The notes under the pieces: generated by a model
Told to the model about the DNA's origin: nothing
What the model saw: only the letters and a program-made list of their open reading frames with translations
Database searches by the model: none
Translations under genes and position numbers: made by a program
Part shown: one piece after another, positions 50,411 to 59,800 of the stretch
Layout: the number at the start of each line of letters is the position of its first letter
Numbering within the stretch: position 1 is the stretch's first letter
Origin: an uncultured Candidatus Saccharibacteria bacterium
Lineage (GTDB): Bacteria; Patescibacteriota; Saccharimonadia; Saccharimonadales; Saccharimonadaceae
Direction: 5' to 3'
Length of the DNA stretch: 64,000 nucleotides
Assembly: GCA_963531145.1 (NCBI GenBank)
Contig: CAUSEX010000001.1
Span: 7,017 to 71,016 of the forward strand

Positions 50411-52996
50411 ATGGCTTTTTACGATAAAACCATTAAAGAAACGCTAGTTGAACTTGAATCAACCACCAAAGGATTATCTGATATCGAGAGCGATGAGCGG
50501 TTACGTCACTACGGCTTAAACACGATCAAGGTTAAGTCTGACCCGCTTTGGCGTAAAATTATTGAGCCGTTCAAGTCGATTTTTATGACAGTACTGATAG
50601 TAGCGGCAATTGTTAGCTTGTGGCATAAGTCGTATTTTGATGCTGGGTTGATTATTTTTATCATGGCGGTGAACGCAATTATTTATTATGTGCAACGGTT
50701 TTCGACTGAGCGGATTTTGCGATCGCTGCAAAAACAGTCTGTTGCTGAAGTCGAGGTATTGCGAAAAGGGCGGCGTGAGATGATTGCTGCGACACTGTTA
50801 GTTCCAGGCGACGTGATAATTCTTGATGAAGGCGATAAAATTCCTGCTGACGCCCGCATGCTAGAGGCGCGCTCTTTTCGTGTTGACGAATCGCAATTAA
50901 CCGGCGAGTCGCTGCCGATTGAAAAAACTTGTGCTGTCCTGCCGAGCGACCGCGAAATTTACGAACAATCCAACATGGTTTTTCAAGGTTCATTTGTCGT
51001 TGGCGGTACTGCCATGTCGATAGTAACCGCTACTGCGAACGATACCGAATTTGGCCGTTTGAGCGATTTATCGTCTGGCGACCATAACGTCAATCCTGTA
51101 CAGCAGAAAATCGATAGTCTTATCACGCGTATAGTGGCTGTTATTCTAGGTATTGCTTTGTTTGCTTTTTGGCTGGCGCTAGCTCGCGGTGTTGAATGGA
51201 GCGAAGCATTGCGCTTTGTGATTGCTCTCAGTGTCAGTGCAGTGCCCGAGAACTTACCAATCGCCATCTCAGTTATCTTGGTATTAGCGATGCGACGGAT
51301 GGCTCGCCGTAAAGCATTGGTGCGAACTATGGGCTCAATCGAGTCAATCGGCGCCATCACTACTATTGCCACCGACAAAACTGGCACACTAACGCGCAAC
51401 AGATTATCGGTTCAAGAAATTTGGCACCCGCGCCACAACGAAAAACGCGCTTTGCAGACACTTGCTGCTAGTATATTGTTAAACAAGAGAAAAACTGCCG
51501 ATCCGCTTGATAAAGCTTTCGCGTCGTTTATTAATTCGTCCGAAGCGACTCCCAAACTTGGCCAGCCTTTGCGGGAATTTACATTTGAGCATTCAATGGC
51601 GATGAGCGGCAATTTGCGACATGATGGCGCTAAGTATGCTCTAGCTGTCAAAGGAGCACCAGAGAAAATCGTTGACCATTGCGATATCACCGAAGGCGAA
51701 CGCGAGAAAGCTTTAGTTGAATTACATCATCTGACTGGACTTGGTTTTCGAGTAATTGCGCTAGCACATGCGTCGCTCAATAAACCAATTGATTCGCTTG
51801 AAAGTATTCCAGATAATACGCCGCTGGTTTTTGATGGTTTTGTTGGCGTGGCAGATACACTGCGGACAGAAGCCAAAGGCGCCATTGCTCGCGCGCAAGC
51901 CGCTGGCATCAGCGTGCGTATGGTCACCGGCGACCACTTCGAGACAGCTTATCATATTGGTAAGCAGCTTGGCCTAGTCGAGCATCGCAACCAGGTTTTT
52001 GATAGCCGGCAGATTATTACATTATCTGACGACGAACTAGCTGAAAGGTTGCATACTATCCGTGTTTGCGCGCGCGTTTTGCCCGAGCATAAGCATCGCA
52101 TCCTTGAAGTGCTCAAGCGCGATAATATCACTGCTATGACTGGCGACGGTGTCAATGACATTCCGGCGCTGACTAATGCTCATGTTGGTGTCGCTATGGG
52201 GGCAGGGGCACAAATTGCCAAGGACGCGGGCGATATCATCTTGCTTGATAATAACTTTCGCTCAATTGTTTCGGCTATTCACGAGGGTAGAACTGTCTAT
52301 GCTAATATCAAGCGCATGGTAACGTATCTGTTGGCTACTAATCTCGGCGAGGTTATCGTGTCGCTGGGCGCGTTGATCTCCGGTTTACCGCTGCCGCTGG
52401 CGCCTGTGCAGATTTTATGGGTTAATTTAGTCACTGATAGCGCTATGGTAATTCCGATTGGACTGGAGCCGGGCGAGCCTCGGAATATGCTAGAGAAGCC
52501 AAAACGCGCTAACGCGCCGCTACTCAGTAAATTTATGACTTCGCGAATATTGTTGATTGCCATAATTATGTCATCAATGACGCTGGGATTCTATATTTAT
52601 TTCAATCAACGCTTTGGTGCTGATTATGCTCGGACAATTGCTTTTTGCTCGCTGGTAACCGCACAGTGGGCTAGCGCCATCGAGGCGCGCAGTGATTACG
52701 AATCGCTAATCGGTCGGTTGCGCAAACGAAATGCACCCTTTATCGTCGGGCTAATCATCGCTGTCACGTTGCAGATTGCCACCCTAGCTACGCCGCTTGG
52801 ACGGTTGCTGCATATTACGCCAGTAAGTAACATACATCTTCTCTTGGTGACCATCTCCGCGCTCATCATACCTATTATCTTGATTGAATTGCACAAATGG
52901 GTAGGGCGAAAGTTCTTTGGTAAGCGACCGAATCTTCAGCGAATTACCAAGCGTCTTAAACGGCCGCTCAAGAAAAACAAAAAGTTCGCTAATTAA
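50411..52996 (+). CDS. Cation-transporting P-type ATPase (type II-like)
   Basis: LTGES, VPENLP, DKTGTLT, KGAPE, MVTGD, MTGDGVND, QILWVNLVTD; start ATG 50411. Confidence 0.95.
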   Translation: MAFYDKTIKETLVELESTTKGLSDIESDERLRHYGLNTIKVKSDPLWRKIIEPFKSIFMTVLIVAAIVSLWHKSYFDAGLIIFIMAVNAIIYYVQRFSTERILRSLQKQSVAEVEVLRKGRREMIAATLLVPGDVIILDEGDKIPADARMLEARSFRVDESQLTGESLPIEKTCAVLPSDREIYEQSNMVFQGSFVVGGTAMSIVTATANDTEFGRLSDLSSGDHNVNPVQQKIDSLITRIVAVILGIALFAFWLALARGVEWSEALRFVIALSVSAVPENLPIAISVILVLAMRRMARRKALVRTMGSIESIGAITTIATDKTGTLTRNRLSVQEIWHPRHNEKRALQTLAASILLNKRKTADPLDKAFASFINSSEATPKLGQPLREFTFEHSMAMSGNLRHDGAKYALAVKGAPEKIVDHCDITEGEREKALVELHHLTGLGFRVIALAHASLNKPIDSLESIPDNTPLVFDGFVGVADTLRTEAKGAIARAQAAGISVRMVTGDHFETAYHIGKQLGLVEHRNQVFDSRQIITLSDDELAERLHTIRVCARVLPEHKHRILEVLKRDNITAMTGDGVNDIPALTNAHVGVAMGAGAQIAKDAGDIILLDNNFRSIVSAIHEGRTVYANIKRMVTYLLATNLGEVIVSLGALISGLPLPLAPVQILWVNLVTDSAMVIPIGLEPGEPRNMLEKPKRANAPLLSKFMTSRILLIAIIMSSMTLGFYIYFNQRFGADYARTIAFCSLVTAQWASAIEARSDYESLIGRLRKRNAPFIVGLIIAVTLQIATLATPLGRLLHITPVSNIHLLLVTISALIIPIILIELHKWVGRKFFGKRPNLQRITKRLKRPLKKNKKFAN

Positions 52997-55032
52997 TTCC
53001 GGCGCTTGATGTGTCCACGCAATAGTTCTAAATCAGCTAAATCTTTACGACGAGCCATTTTTCGTTTGGCAGCAATCAGCCGGTCAGTCGAGACCACGGG
53101 TATCCCATCAATGGTTTGCATATCTCGCTGTAATGCTGTCAAGGAATTACCCATCCAACTTTTTAGCAGATTGTATTGTTCATGTACCAAAATTCGCTTG
53201 CCGCTAGTTAGTGTCACCTCGCGCCAATGTTTCTTGCGTGCAAAAAGGTCATAAACTTCGCGCGATACTACTAAATCAACATTAGGTGTATCGCGCAAAT
53301 GCATCATATCAAGCACGGCGCCGCCGACCACGATATACGAATCGCTAGCGATTTTAAGGTCTCTGATCATTTCAATTGCCGAAGCCTGTTTCTGATGCGC
53401 CAATGCCAGAGACAATGTTGTGTAAATGTTGCGGCTACCAATTATATCGGTAATGCCATAGATATCAAACTGGCTGCGCAATCCCGGTGATACGTGCGCA
53501 AAAGCAATCGCGATACCATCTTCGCCAAGCTCGCGGTACAAACGTTTGAGCGCTTCAACCGCTGTATAGTCGATATCATCAATCGCTCCGGCATCAATCA
53601 CCACGTATGTTACTGGATGTTTAGCGCGATGAATAGCTCGCCGTAACCGTTCAGCGAAATAATTAATATTCTCGAAAAAAAGCGATTCGCCGAAAGCATA
53701 AACTAATGTATCTTTTGGCAAAGAGCCTATCTTATCTTTTACCCGATCAGCCGCCCATGATGACAGCTCGCCATCGCGCAGCAGCACAGCGTCATCAGGA
53801 TGGTACTGCCGGCGTAATCGTTCCATCAGCGAGGCTGCTACCGCTACTAAAATACCTAACTGTACGCCGAATAATACCGTACAAGCTAGAGCAACTAGCG
53901 CGATCATAAACTCCTCATGATGGACAGCCCACAAATAGTGCAATTCACGAAAACGAATCAAGCGTAAACCTGCCGTACAAACTATCGCTGCTAGTGCTGC
54001 TAGCGGCACGTAGTGTAACAAAGTACCGCCAAAAACGATCAACGCCATCATTGCTAAGCTGGCAACAATACCGCTCAATTGCGAACGCATACCCAGCGAG
54101 TCGGCTAACTGGCTGCGCGGCGGCGAGGCGCTAACCGCGTAACCGTGAAATAGAGCTGAAGCAACATTAGCTATTCCAAGAGCTGCTGTATCTTGATTGG
54201 TCTGGATCTTATCGTCGTGCTCGCTACCAATGGAGCGCGCTGTCATGGAGCTTTGCACTAGTACTACGAGTACAATTGATAATACGGTCGGCATAATTGT
54301 ATTTAGCATCTCGAGTGACACCGTGGGCACTATTAAGTTTGGCATATTGCTTGGTAGCGAACCTAAAAACTCTACGCCGTACGCATCGACATGAAATACT
54401 ATTGCAAATATTACGGCCATAGCAATACCGATTAGCTCGCTCGGTATTCGCGATGATCGCCAAAACAACACTACACCTAGCACCAAGAGCGCTAGCGTAG
54501 TGGTCATCCAGTTGATTGAACCAGCTTGCGCGGTAATTGACGCTAAATGACTCCAGAAACCGCCTGATGCTTTCAAGCCTAGTAGAGCTGGTATCTGTGT
54601 AACAATTAGCTGTACTCCTACGCCTGCCATGAAACCAATCATCACTGGCCGCGATACCAGATCTGCCAAAAAGCCAAATTTGAATAATCCCAGCAATAGT
54701 AGCAGAACGCCTGATAGTAACGTCATCGCTGCGATTGCATTAACATATTCTGGCGTACCTGTTTGCGCCACTAGCACTGCGCCTGACGCCAGCAGAATGG
54801 CCGTCGCTGAATCTGCGCCAACCACCAATCGATGCGAGTATCCCAACAACCCAAATACTAGCGCACCAATAATTGTCGTATATAAGCCAGTCTCGGGTGG
54901 CAGTCCGACGATTACCGAAAAAGCCAACGCATTAGGAACGTTCACGACGGCTATCAACAACGCCGTTATGATATCATGCCGCAAGTAAGATTTCTTGTAC
55001 CGCAATATGCTCGGCAGAGACACTTTTCGCAT
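52993..55032 (-). CDS. SulP anion transporter + STAS + C-terminal nucleotidyltransferase-like domain
   Basis: P.ALAF..I.GLP..GLY, SRPV..GF..G; STAS 'LFFEN...VIDA.AI..IDYTA'; extra ~130 aa tail; start ATG 55032. Confidence 0.9.
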   Translation of the reverse strand: MRKVSLPSILRYKKSYLRHDIITALLIAVVNVPNALAFSVIVGLPPETGLYTTIIGALVFGLLGYSHRLVVGADSATAILLASGAVLVAQTGTPEYVNAIAAMTLLSGVLLLLLGLFKFGFLADLVSRPVMIGFMAGVGVQLIVTQIPALLGLKASGGFWSHLASITAQAGSINWMTTTLALLVLGVVLFWRSSRIPSELIGIAMAVIFAIVFHVDAYGVEFLGSLPSNMPNLIVPTVSLEMLNTIMPTVLSIVLVVLVQSSMTARSIGSEHDDKIQTNQDTAALGIANVASALFHGYAVSASPPRSQLADSLGMRSQLSGIVASLAMMALIVFGGTLLHYVPLAALAAIVCTAGLRLIRFRELHYLWAVHHEEFMIALVALACTVLFGVQLGILVAVAASLMERLRRQYHPDDAVLLRDGELSSWAADRVKDKIGSLPKDTLVYAFGESLFFENINYFAERLRRAIHRAKHPVTYVVIDAGAIDDIDYTAVEALKRLYRELGEDGIAIAFAHVSPGLRSQFDIYGITDIIGSRNIYTTLSLALAHQKQASAIEMIRDLKIASDSYIVVGGAVLDMMHLRDTPNVDLVVSREVYDLFARKKHWREVTLTSGKRILVHEQYNLLKSWMGNSLTALQRDMQTIDGIPVVSTDRLIAAKRKMARRKDLADLELLRGHIKRRN

Positions 55033-55118
55033 ACTTATTATACTAATGGTATTTAGGGGTGGCGTCAATAAAACAAAGTAAGCTATGAATTTGCTAAATA
55101 TCGATACGATTCATAAAA

Positions 55119-55155
55119 ATAAACCGCTTAGGTTATCCAGATCTGAGCGGTTTAT
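55119..55155 (-). terminator. Probable terminator after tRNA-Gln
   Basis: ATAAACCGCTTAG...CTGAGCGGTTTAT inverted repeat next to an A tract (T tract on the minus strand). Confidence 0.65.
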
Positions 55156-55176
55156 GATATTTTCGTTTGCATAATT

Positions 55177-55251
55177 TGGCTGGGTCGGCAGGACTCGAAC
55201 CTGCGAATGCTGGGACCAAAACCCAGTGCCTTACCACTTGGCGACGACCCA
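55177..55251 (-). tRNA. tRNA-Gln(TTG)
   Basis: Reverse complement TGGGTCG...CTGGG-TTTTGGT-CCCAG...GGTTCGAGTCC...CGACCCA-G-CCA. Confidence 0.97.
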
Positions 55252-55305
55252 CTAATAAACGAACGTGCAACAAGTATTATACCACGCTCATCAACGATAT
55301 GGAAA

Positions 55306-56037
55306 TTACGACATAGAATACAGCCGCACCCATTCCTCGGGAGTCAATTCTGACGGTTTGCGTTCAGGGTTAATGCCGGCTTCGGCGCGCGGTATGGTAG
55401 CAAAGACTTTTTGCGAAGCGTAGCATTTCGCGACGAAACTTTGGTACTTGTCGCGTTCTAATGTAGATAGGAGCGGCTCGGACTGCGGCTTCAGCTCTAG
55501 CAGTACGGTATCGACTGCTGGCGGCGGTGTGAAATCTGTGCGGCGTAGCGGTCGGCGGATTCGTGTCTGCCACCATGGAGCTAGTTGTGTGCCTAATTGA
55601 GAGGTAAAGTGCCGGTCGCTCGGTACTATTTTTTGCGCGAATTGCTTTTGGACGATTAGGTAAATTGATCGCGGTGCGTGCATCTCGTTGTTGCTAGTCA
55701 ATCTGCGTACTATGTCGGCGCTCAAGTGAAAGGGGATATTAGCAAAAACTTTGTATGGTTCATCTGGTAATTTCGCTTGCAGAAAATCTTGCGCTATCAC
55801 TTTGACGTTTTTGTGCCGGCGCATATTTTGCTGTAGTTTGTTGAGAGTATCTGGTTCGTTTTCGTATGCTAAAACTTGCCGGCATCTTCGGGCTAATACT
55901 GCCGTAATGGCGCCGCTGCCAGCGCCGATATCTATTACCAAATCGCCGCGGCGTATGTTACTGTGGCCTATCAGCTCGGCAATCAAGCGTGGATTACGCA
56001 AAAAATGCTGCGAATGGGTGGCGACTTGGCGTCTCAT
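55306..56037 (-). CDS. Erm-like rRNA adenine N6-methyltransferase
   Basis: SQHFL, DIGAGSG.IT, VFANIPF, F.PPPAVD, EL....W..L; second KsgA/Erm-family gene in the window. Confidence 0.8.
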   Translation of the reverse strand: MRRQVATHSQHFLRNPRLIAELIGHSNIRRGDLVIDIGAGSGAITAVLARRCRQVLAYENEPDTLNKLQQNMRRHKNVKVIAQDFLQAKLPDEPYKVFANIPFHLSADIVRRLTSNNEMHAPRSIYLIVQKQFAQKIVPSDRHFTSQLGTQLAPWWQTRIRRPLRRTDFTPPPAVDTVLLELKPQSEPLLSTLERDKYQSFVAKCYASQKVFATIPRAEAGINPERKPSELTPEEWVRLYSMS

Positions 56038-56108
56038 AATGTGATTTTACCACGAAAAAGCGGCTAATCAGTTGGCAATATTTACCATAACCTTTATAAT
56101 ATAAAGTT

Positions 56109-58508
56109 ATGAATGCACACGAAAAACACTCGATAAAGCAATATTTGCGTGCGGCAGACTATCTGACGGTGGGGCAAATATTTTTGGCAGAAAATCATCT
56201 GCTGAAAAAGGAATTAACTTTTAACGATATCAAATCGCGGATTCTTGGACACTGGGGAAGTGGGCCAGGTATTAACTTTGCTTACGCGCATCTCAGCTAT
56301 TCGGCCAAGAAGCATAACAAGGACATGATGTTTGTACTGGGGCCAGGTCATGGCTTCCCAGCGCTACAGGCTAACTTGTTTTTGGAAGGTACGCTTGCTA
56401 ATTTTGATCCATCGATGGAGACTAATCTGGATGGTATTCGCAAACTGTGCCGCGAATTTAGCTGGCCGTACGGTTTTCCGAGCCATTCTAATCCCGAGAC
56501 GCCGGGCGTAATCCTCGAGGGCGGTGAACTTGGTTACGCGCTCAGCACTAGCTACGGTGCGGCGATGGATAATCCTGATTTGACGGTAGCTTGTTTGGTT
56601 GGTGATGGTGAAGCCGAGACTGGGCCGACAGCTGGCGCTTGGCATCTTAACAAATTACTCAATCCACGCAAAGATGGCGTAGTATTGCCGATTCTTCACC
56701 TCAATGGTTATAAGATTTCGGCACCGACTGTTTTTGGCCGAATGAGTAATTACGAACTGATGACGCTCTTTAGCGGCTACGGTTATGAGCCGCGCATTGT
56801 TGACGCTACAAAAGACGGCGTCGATCCGCACGACGAAATGGCAAACGCGCTTGAGTGGGCTCACAATTTGGTTGCCGAGATTCGTGCTAGTACGAACACA
56901 GAAGCGCCGCGCATGCCGATGATTATCATGCGCACGCTAAAGGGCTGGACTGGGCCGAAATTTGTCGAAGGCAACAAAATTGAAGGTAATTGCCTGGCGC
57001 ACCAGACAGTGCTTAGCGAAGCGAAATCTGATCCCGAGCAGCTCAAAATCTTGAACCAGTGGCTCAAGAGTTATAAGTTTGACGAGCTATTCAACGAAAC
57101 GACAGGTTTTGGTGATTTTGTCAAGGATATCTTGCCTGAACAGCTAGAGAAGCGCTTGGGTATGTCGCCGCATGCTCGTGGCGGCGCAACTGTTTATCGG
57201 CCGCTGGTGCTGCCAGACGTCGAGCAGTTTGCTGAAGACGCCGAAATCCCTGGCACTATTGGCTCTAGCAGTATGCGCCGGGCTGGCGCTTACTTGACCG
57301 AGGTCTTTCGTCTCAACGCCGAGAGTAAGAACTTCCGTTTCATGAGCCCAGACGAAACTTATTCCAACAAGCTTGACGAGATATTCCAGACTACTAGCCG
57401 CAGTTGGCAATGGCCAATCATGGAGTGGGATAAGGATCTGTCGCGTGATGGCCGAGTCATGGAAATGTTGTCCGAACACAACATGCAAGGCTTAATGCAA
57501 GGCTACGTACTAACGGGTCGCCACGCTATGTTCGCTAGTTATGAAGCATTTTTGCAAGTCGTTGGCAGCATGGTTGACCAGTATGCTAAGTTTCTCACCC
57601 AAAGCCGTAACGTCGAATGGCGCGGTACTATACCTAGTATTAACTATATACTAACTTCGAGCGGCTGGCGCCAAGACCATAACGGTTTTAGTCATCAGAA
57701 CCCTGGCTTTATCGACGATATTTTACGCCGCCAGAGTAACTTCAGTGATGTTTACTTCCCGTCGGACGGTAATGTCACGCTAGTTTGCTTAGAGCATATG
57801 TTATCAAGCGTTCGCCAGATTAACGCGCTGGTGGCCGGTAAGACTCTCGAGCCGCGCTGGCTATCGCCAGAATTAGCTCGCCAGCAGGTCGATGCTGGAC
57901 TGATGGTTTGGGATTTCGCTAGCGATGAGCATCCTGATCTAGTTATGGCGGCTTGCGGTGATTATCCGACCAAAGAGACAATGGCAGCAATCGATATCAT
58001 CAAAACGCATTGCCCGAACGCTAAAATTCGCTGCGTTAACGTTTCGAGTCTGACTACTGTTGGCTTTGGTACGTTGCGTCGCGTTGCCGACCAAAAGTTC
58101 TTTGACAAGGTGTTTACTGACGACAAGCCAGTTATCTTCAATTTCCATGGCTATCCGCAGACAGTCAAATCGATTCTCTTTAACTATGCTGTCGATTCGA
58201 CACGCTTCGATATTCGCGGCTACAAAGAGATCGGGTCGACGACCACACCGTTTGATATGCATGTTCGCAATGAAACCAGCCGCTATGATTTGGCGATTGC
58301 TGCATTCCGCCAGCTGGGCCGCAATGGCGTCGTTCCGTTTGAGGAGGCCGAGCACTTAGCTTCGATTTACCAAGGTAAGATTGATGAGAATACTGCTTAT
58401 ATCAAGGCTAACGGCGTTGACTTGCCAGAAATTGACGCCTGGGTGTGGCCAGCAGCACGCGGACTAGACGAGGCAAAAGAGGAAGCCTGGCACGGGCAAA
58501 CAAATTAA
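56109..58508 (+). CDS. xfp: Phosphoketolase
   Basis: LGHWG, GPGHG, EGGELGY, GDGEAETGP, LHLNGYKI, PDET.SN, MLSEH, QDHNGFSHQ.P. Confidence 0.97.
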   Translation: MNAHEKHSIKQYLRAADYLTVGQIFLAENHLLKKELTFNDIKSRILGHWGSGPGINFAYAHLSYSAKKHNKDMMFVLGPGHGFPALQANLFLEGTLANFDPSMETNLDGIRKLCREFSWPYGFPSHSNPETPGVILEGGELGYALSTSYGAAMDNPDLTVACLVGDGEAETGPTAGAWHLNKLLNPRKDGVVLPILHLNGYKISAPTVFGRMSNYELMTLFSGYGYEPRIVDATKDGVDPHDEMANALEWAHNLVAEIRASTNTEAPRMPMIIMRTLKGWTGPKFVEGNKIEGNCLAHQTVLSEAKSDPEQLKILNQWLKSYKFDELFNETTGFGDFVKDILPEQLEKRLGMSPHARGGATVYRPLVLPDVEQFAEDAEIPGTIGSSSMRRAGAYLTEVFRLNAESKNFRFMSPDETYSNKLDEIFQTTSRSWQWPIMEWDKDLSRDGRVMEMLSEHNMQGLMQGYVLTGRHAMFASYEAFLQVVGSMVDQYAKFLTQSRNVEWRGTIPSINYILTSSGWRQDHNGFSHQNPGFIDDILRRQSNFSDVYFPSDGNVTLVCLEHMLSSVRQINALVAGKTLEPRWLSPELARQQVDAGLMVWDFASDEHPDLVMAACGDYPTKETMAAIDIIKTHCPNAKIRCVNVSSLTTVGFGTLRRVADQKFFDKVFTDDKPVIFNFHGYPQTVKSILFNYAVDSTRFDIRGYKEIGSTTTPFDMHVRNETSRYDLAIAAFRQLGRNGVVPFEEAEHLASIYQGKIDENTAYIKANGVDLPEIDAWVWPAARGLDEAKEEAWHGQTN

Positions 58509-58529
58509 CGTAAAGAAAAGGGTGGGGGA

Positions 58530-59711
58530 ATGTCATTACTACTAATCGCAAATCCAGGCAGCGCTAGTCGCAAATACGCGCTGGTCGACGACAAGCTCAA
58601 AGAGGTTGCCGCATTACATATCGAGCAGAGCGGCAGCGAATTAATCGCGACGCTGCGTACTGGCGGCGATACGCGGCAAGTACCGCTTGGTTTTGCTGAC
58701 ATTTCCCAGTCGGCCGCACATCTGTATGGCATTTTTAACCGCGAACATTTACTAGAAAGTCCTAGCGACGTTCGCGCGATCGGCTTGCGGATCGTTGCGC
58801 CGAGCAACTATTTTCTCAAAGACAGGCTTGTTGATGATGACGTTGTCCAGCATATACGCGATATTTTGCCGCTTGACCCGATTCACGTCTCCGGTACGTT
58901 GCAAGAGCTAGAGGCTCTGCGCTCGTCGCTGCCGACTATATCAGTGGCGCTAATTTCGGATAGTGCTTTTCACGCTCGCAAGCCGAGCTACGCCTGGAAT
59001 TATGGTATCAATCTGCAAGACGCCGATCGCTTCGAGATTAAGCGTTTTGGTTATCATGGTTTGTCGGTTTCGTCTGCTGTTAATGAGCTGTGGAACCGCG
59101 GCAAATTACCACCAAAGGTCGTCGTCTGTCATCTAGGTAGCGGCTCGTCGGTGAGTGCAGTTTTTCACGGGCGCAGTATCGACAACACCATGGGTTACTC
59201 GGCGCTAGAGGGGGTGATTATGGCAACACGCACCGGCTCAATTGATTACACTGCTGCTATGGCGCTCAAGACTAAACTTGGCCTCGATGATAATCAGCTT
59301 GAGCATTATCTCGATGAGAAGGGAGGTCTGCTCGGACTCAGTGGAACTAGCGATATTCGTGAAATTATTGATCGCGAAGCTAATGGCGACCATATTGCTC
59401 ATCTAGCGCTGATGACTTTGATTCACAGTATCCATAAGGCTATCGGCGCCATGGTGGTCGCTATGAACGGTGCCGACTTGCTGGTATTTACTGGCACGGT
59501 AGGGGAACGTTCGGCAAACTTGCGCCGGCGCATTGTTGCTCACTTGGAATGCCTCGACTTCATACTTGACGGCAATCGTAACAAATCATGTCTTAACCCG
59601 GCCGAGTTCACTAGCATCTCGCAAGCGGCAGTCAGCAAGCCGATAATTGTCATACCAACAGATGAAGGCGTCGAAATTGCTCGCCATACTGTTAAGTTGC
59701 TAGCGTCATAA
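58530..59711 (+). CDS. ackA: Acetate kinase family protein
   Basis: N.GS.S.K, D.AFH, FGYHGLS, HLGSG.S, MG...LEG..M.TR.G.ID; follows xfp. Confidence 0.88.
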   Translation: MSLLLIANPGSASRKYALVDDKLKEVAALHIEQSGSELIATLRTGGDTRQVPLGFADISQSAAHLYGIFNREHLLESPSDVRAIGLRIVAPSNYFLKDRLVDDDVVQHIRDILPLDPIHVSGTLQELEALRSSLPTISVALISDSAFHARKPSYAWNYGINLQDADRFEIKRFGYHGLSVSSAVNELWNRGKLPPKVVVCHLGSGSSVSAVFHGRSIDNTMGYSALEGVIMATRTGSIDYTAAMALKTKLGLDDNQLEHYLDEKGGLLGLSGTSDIREIIDREANGDHIAHLALMTLIHSIHKAIGAMVVAMNGADLLVFTGTVGERSANLRRRIVAHLECLDFILDGNRNKSCLNPAEFTSISQAAVSKPIIVIPTDEGVEIARHTVKLLAS

Positions 59712-59800
59712 TTTTGTCATTGGAAAGGTATGCGTTATTGCTGTGGGGACGCCATTCGTGATCTCTACCAAACGGCATCTTTCATTTTGTTATAATAAGT

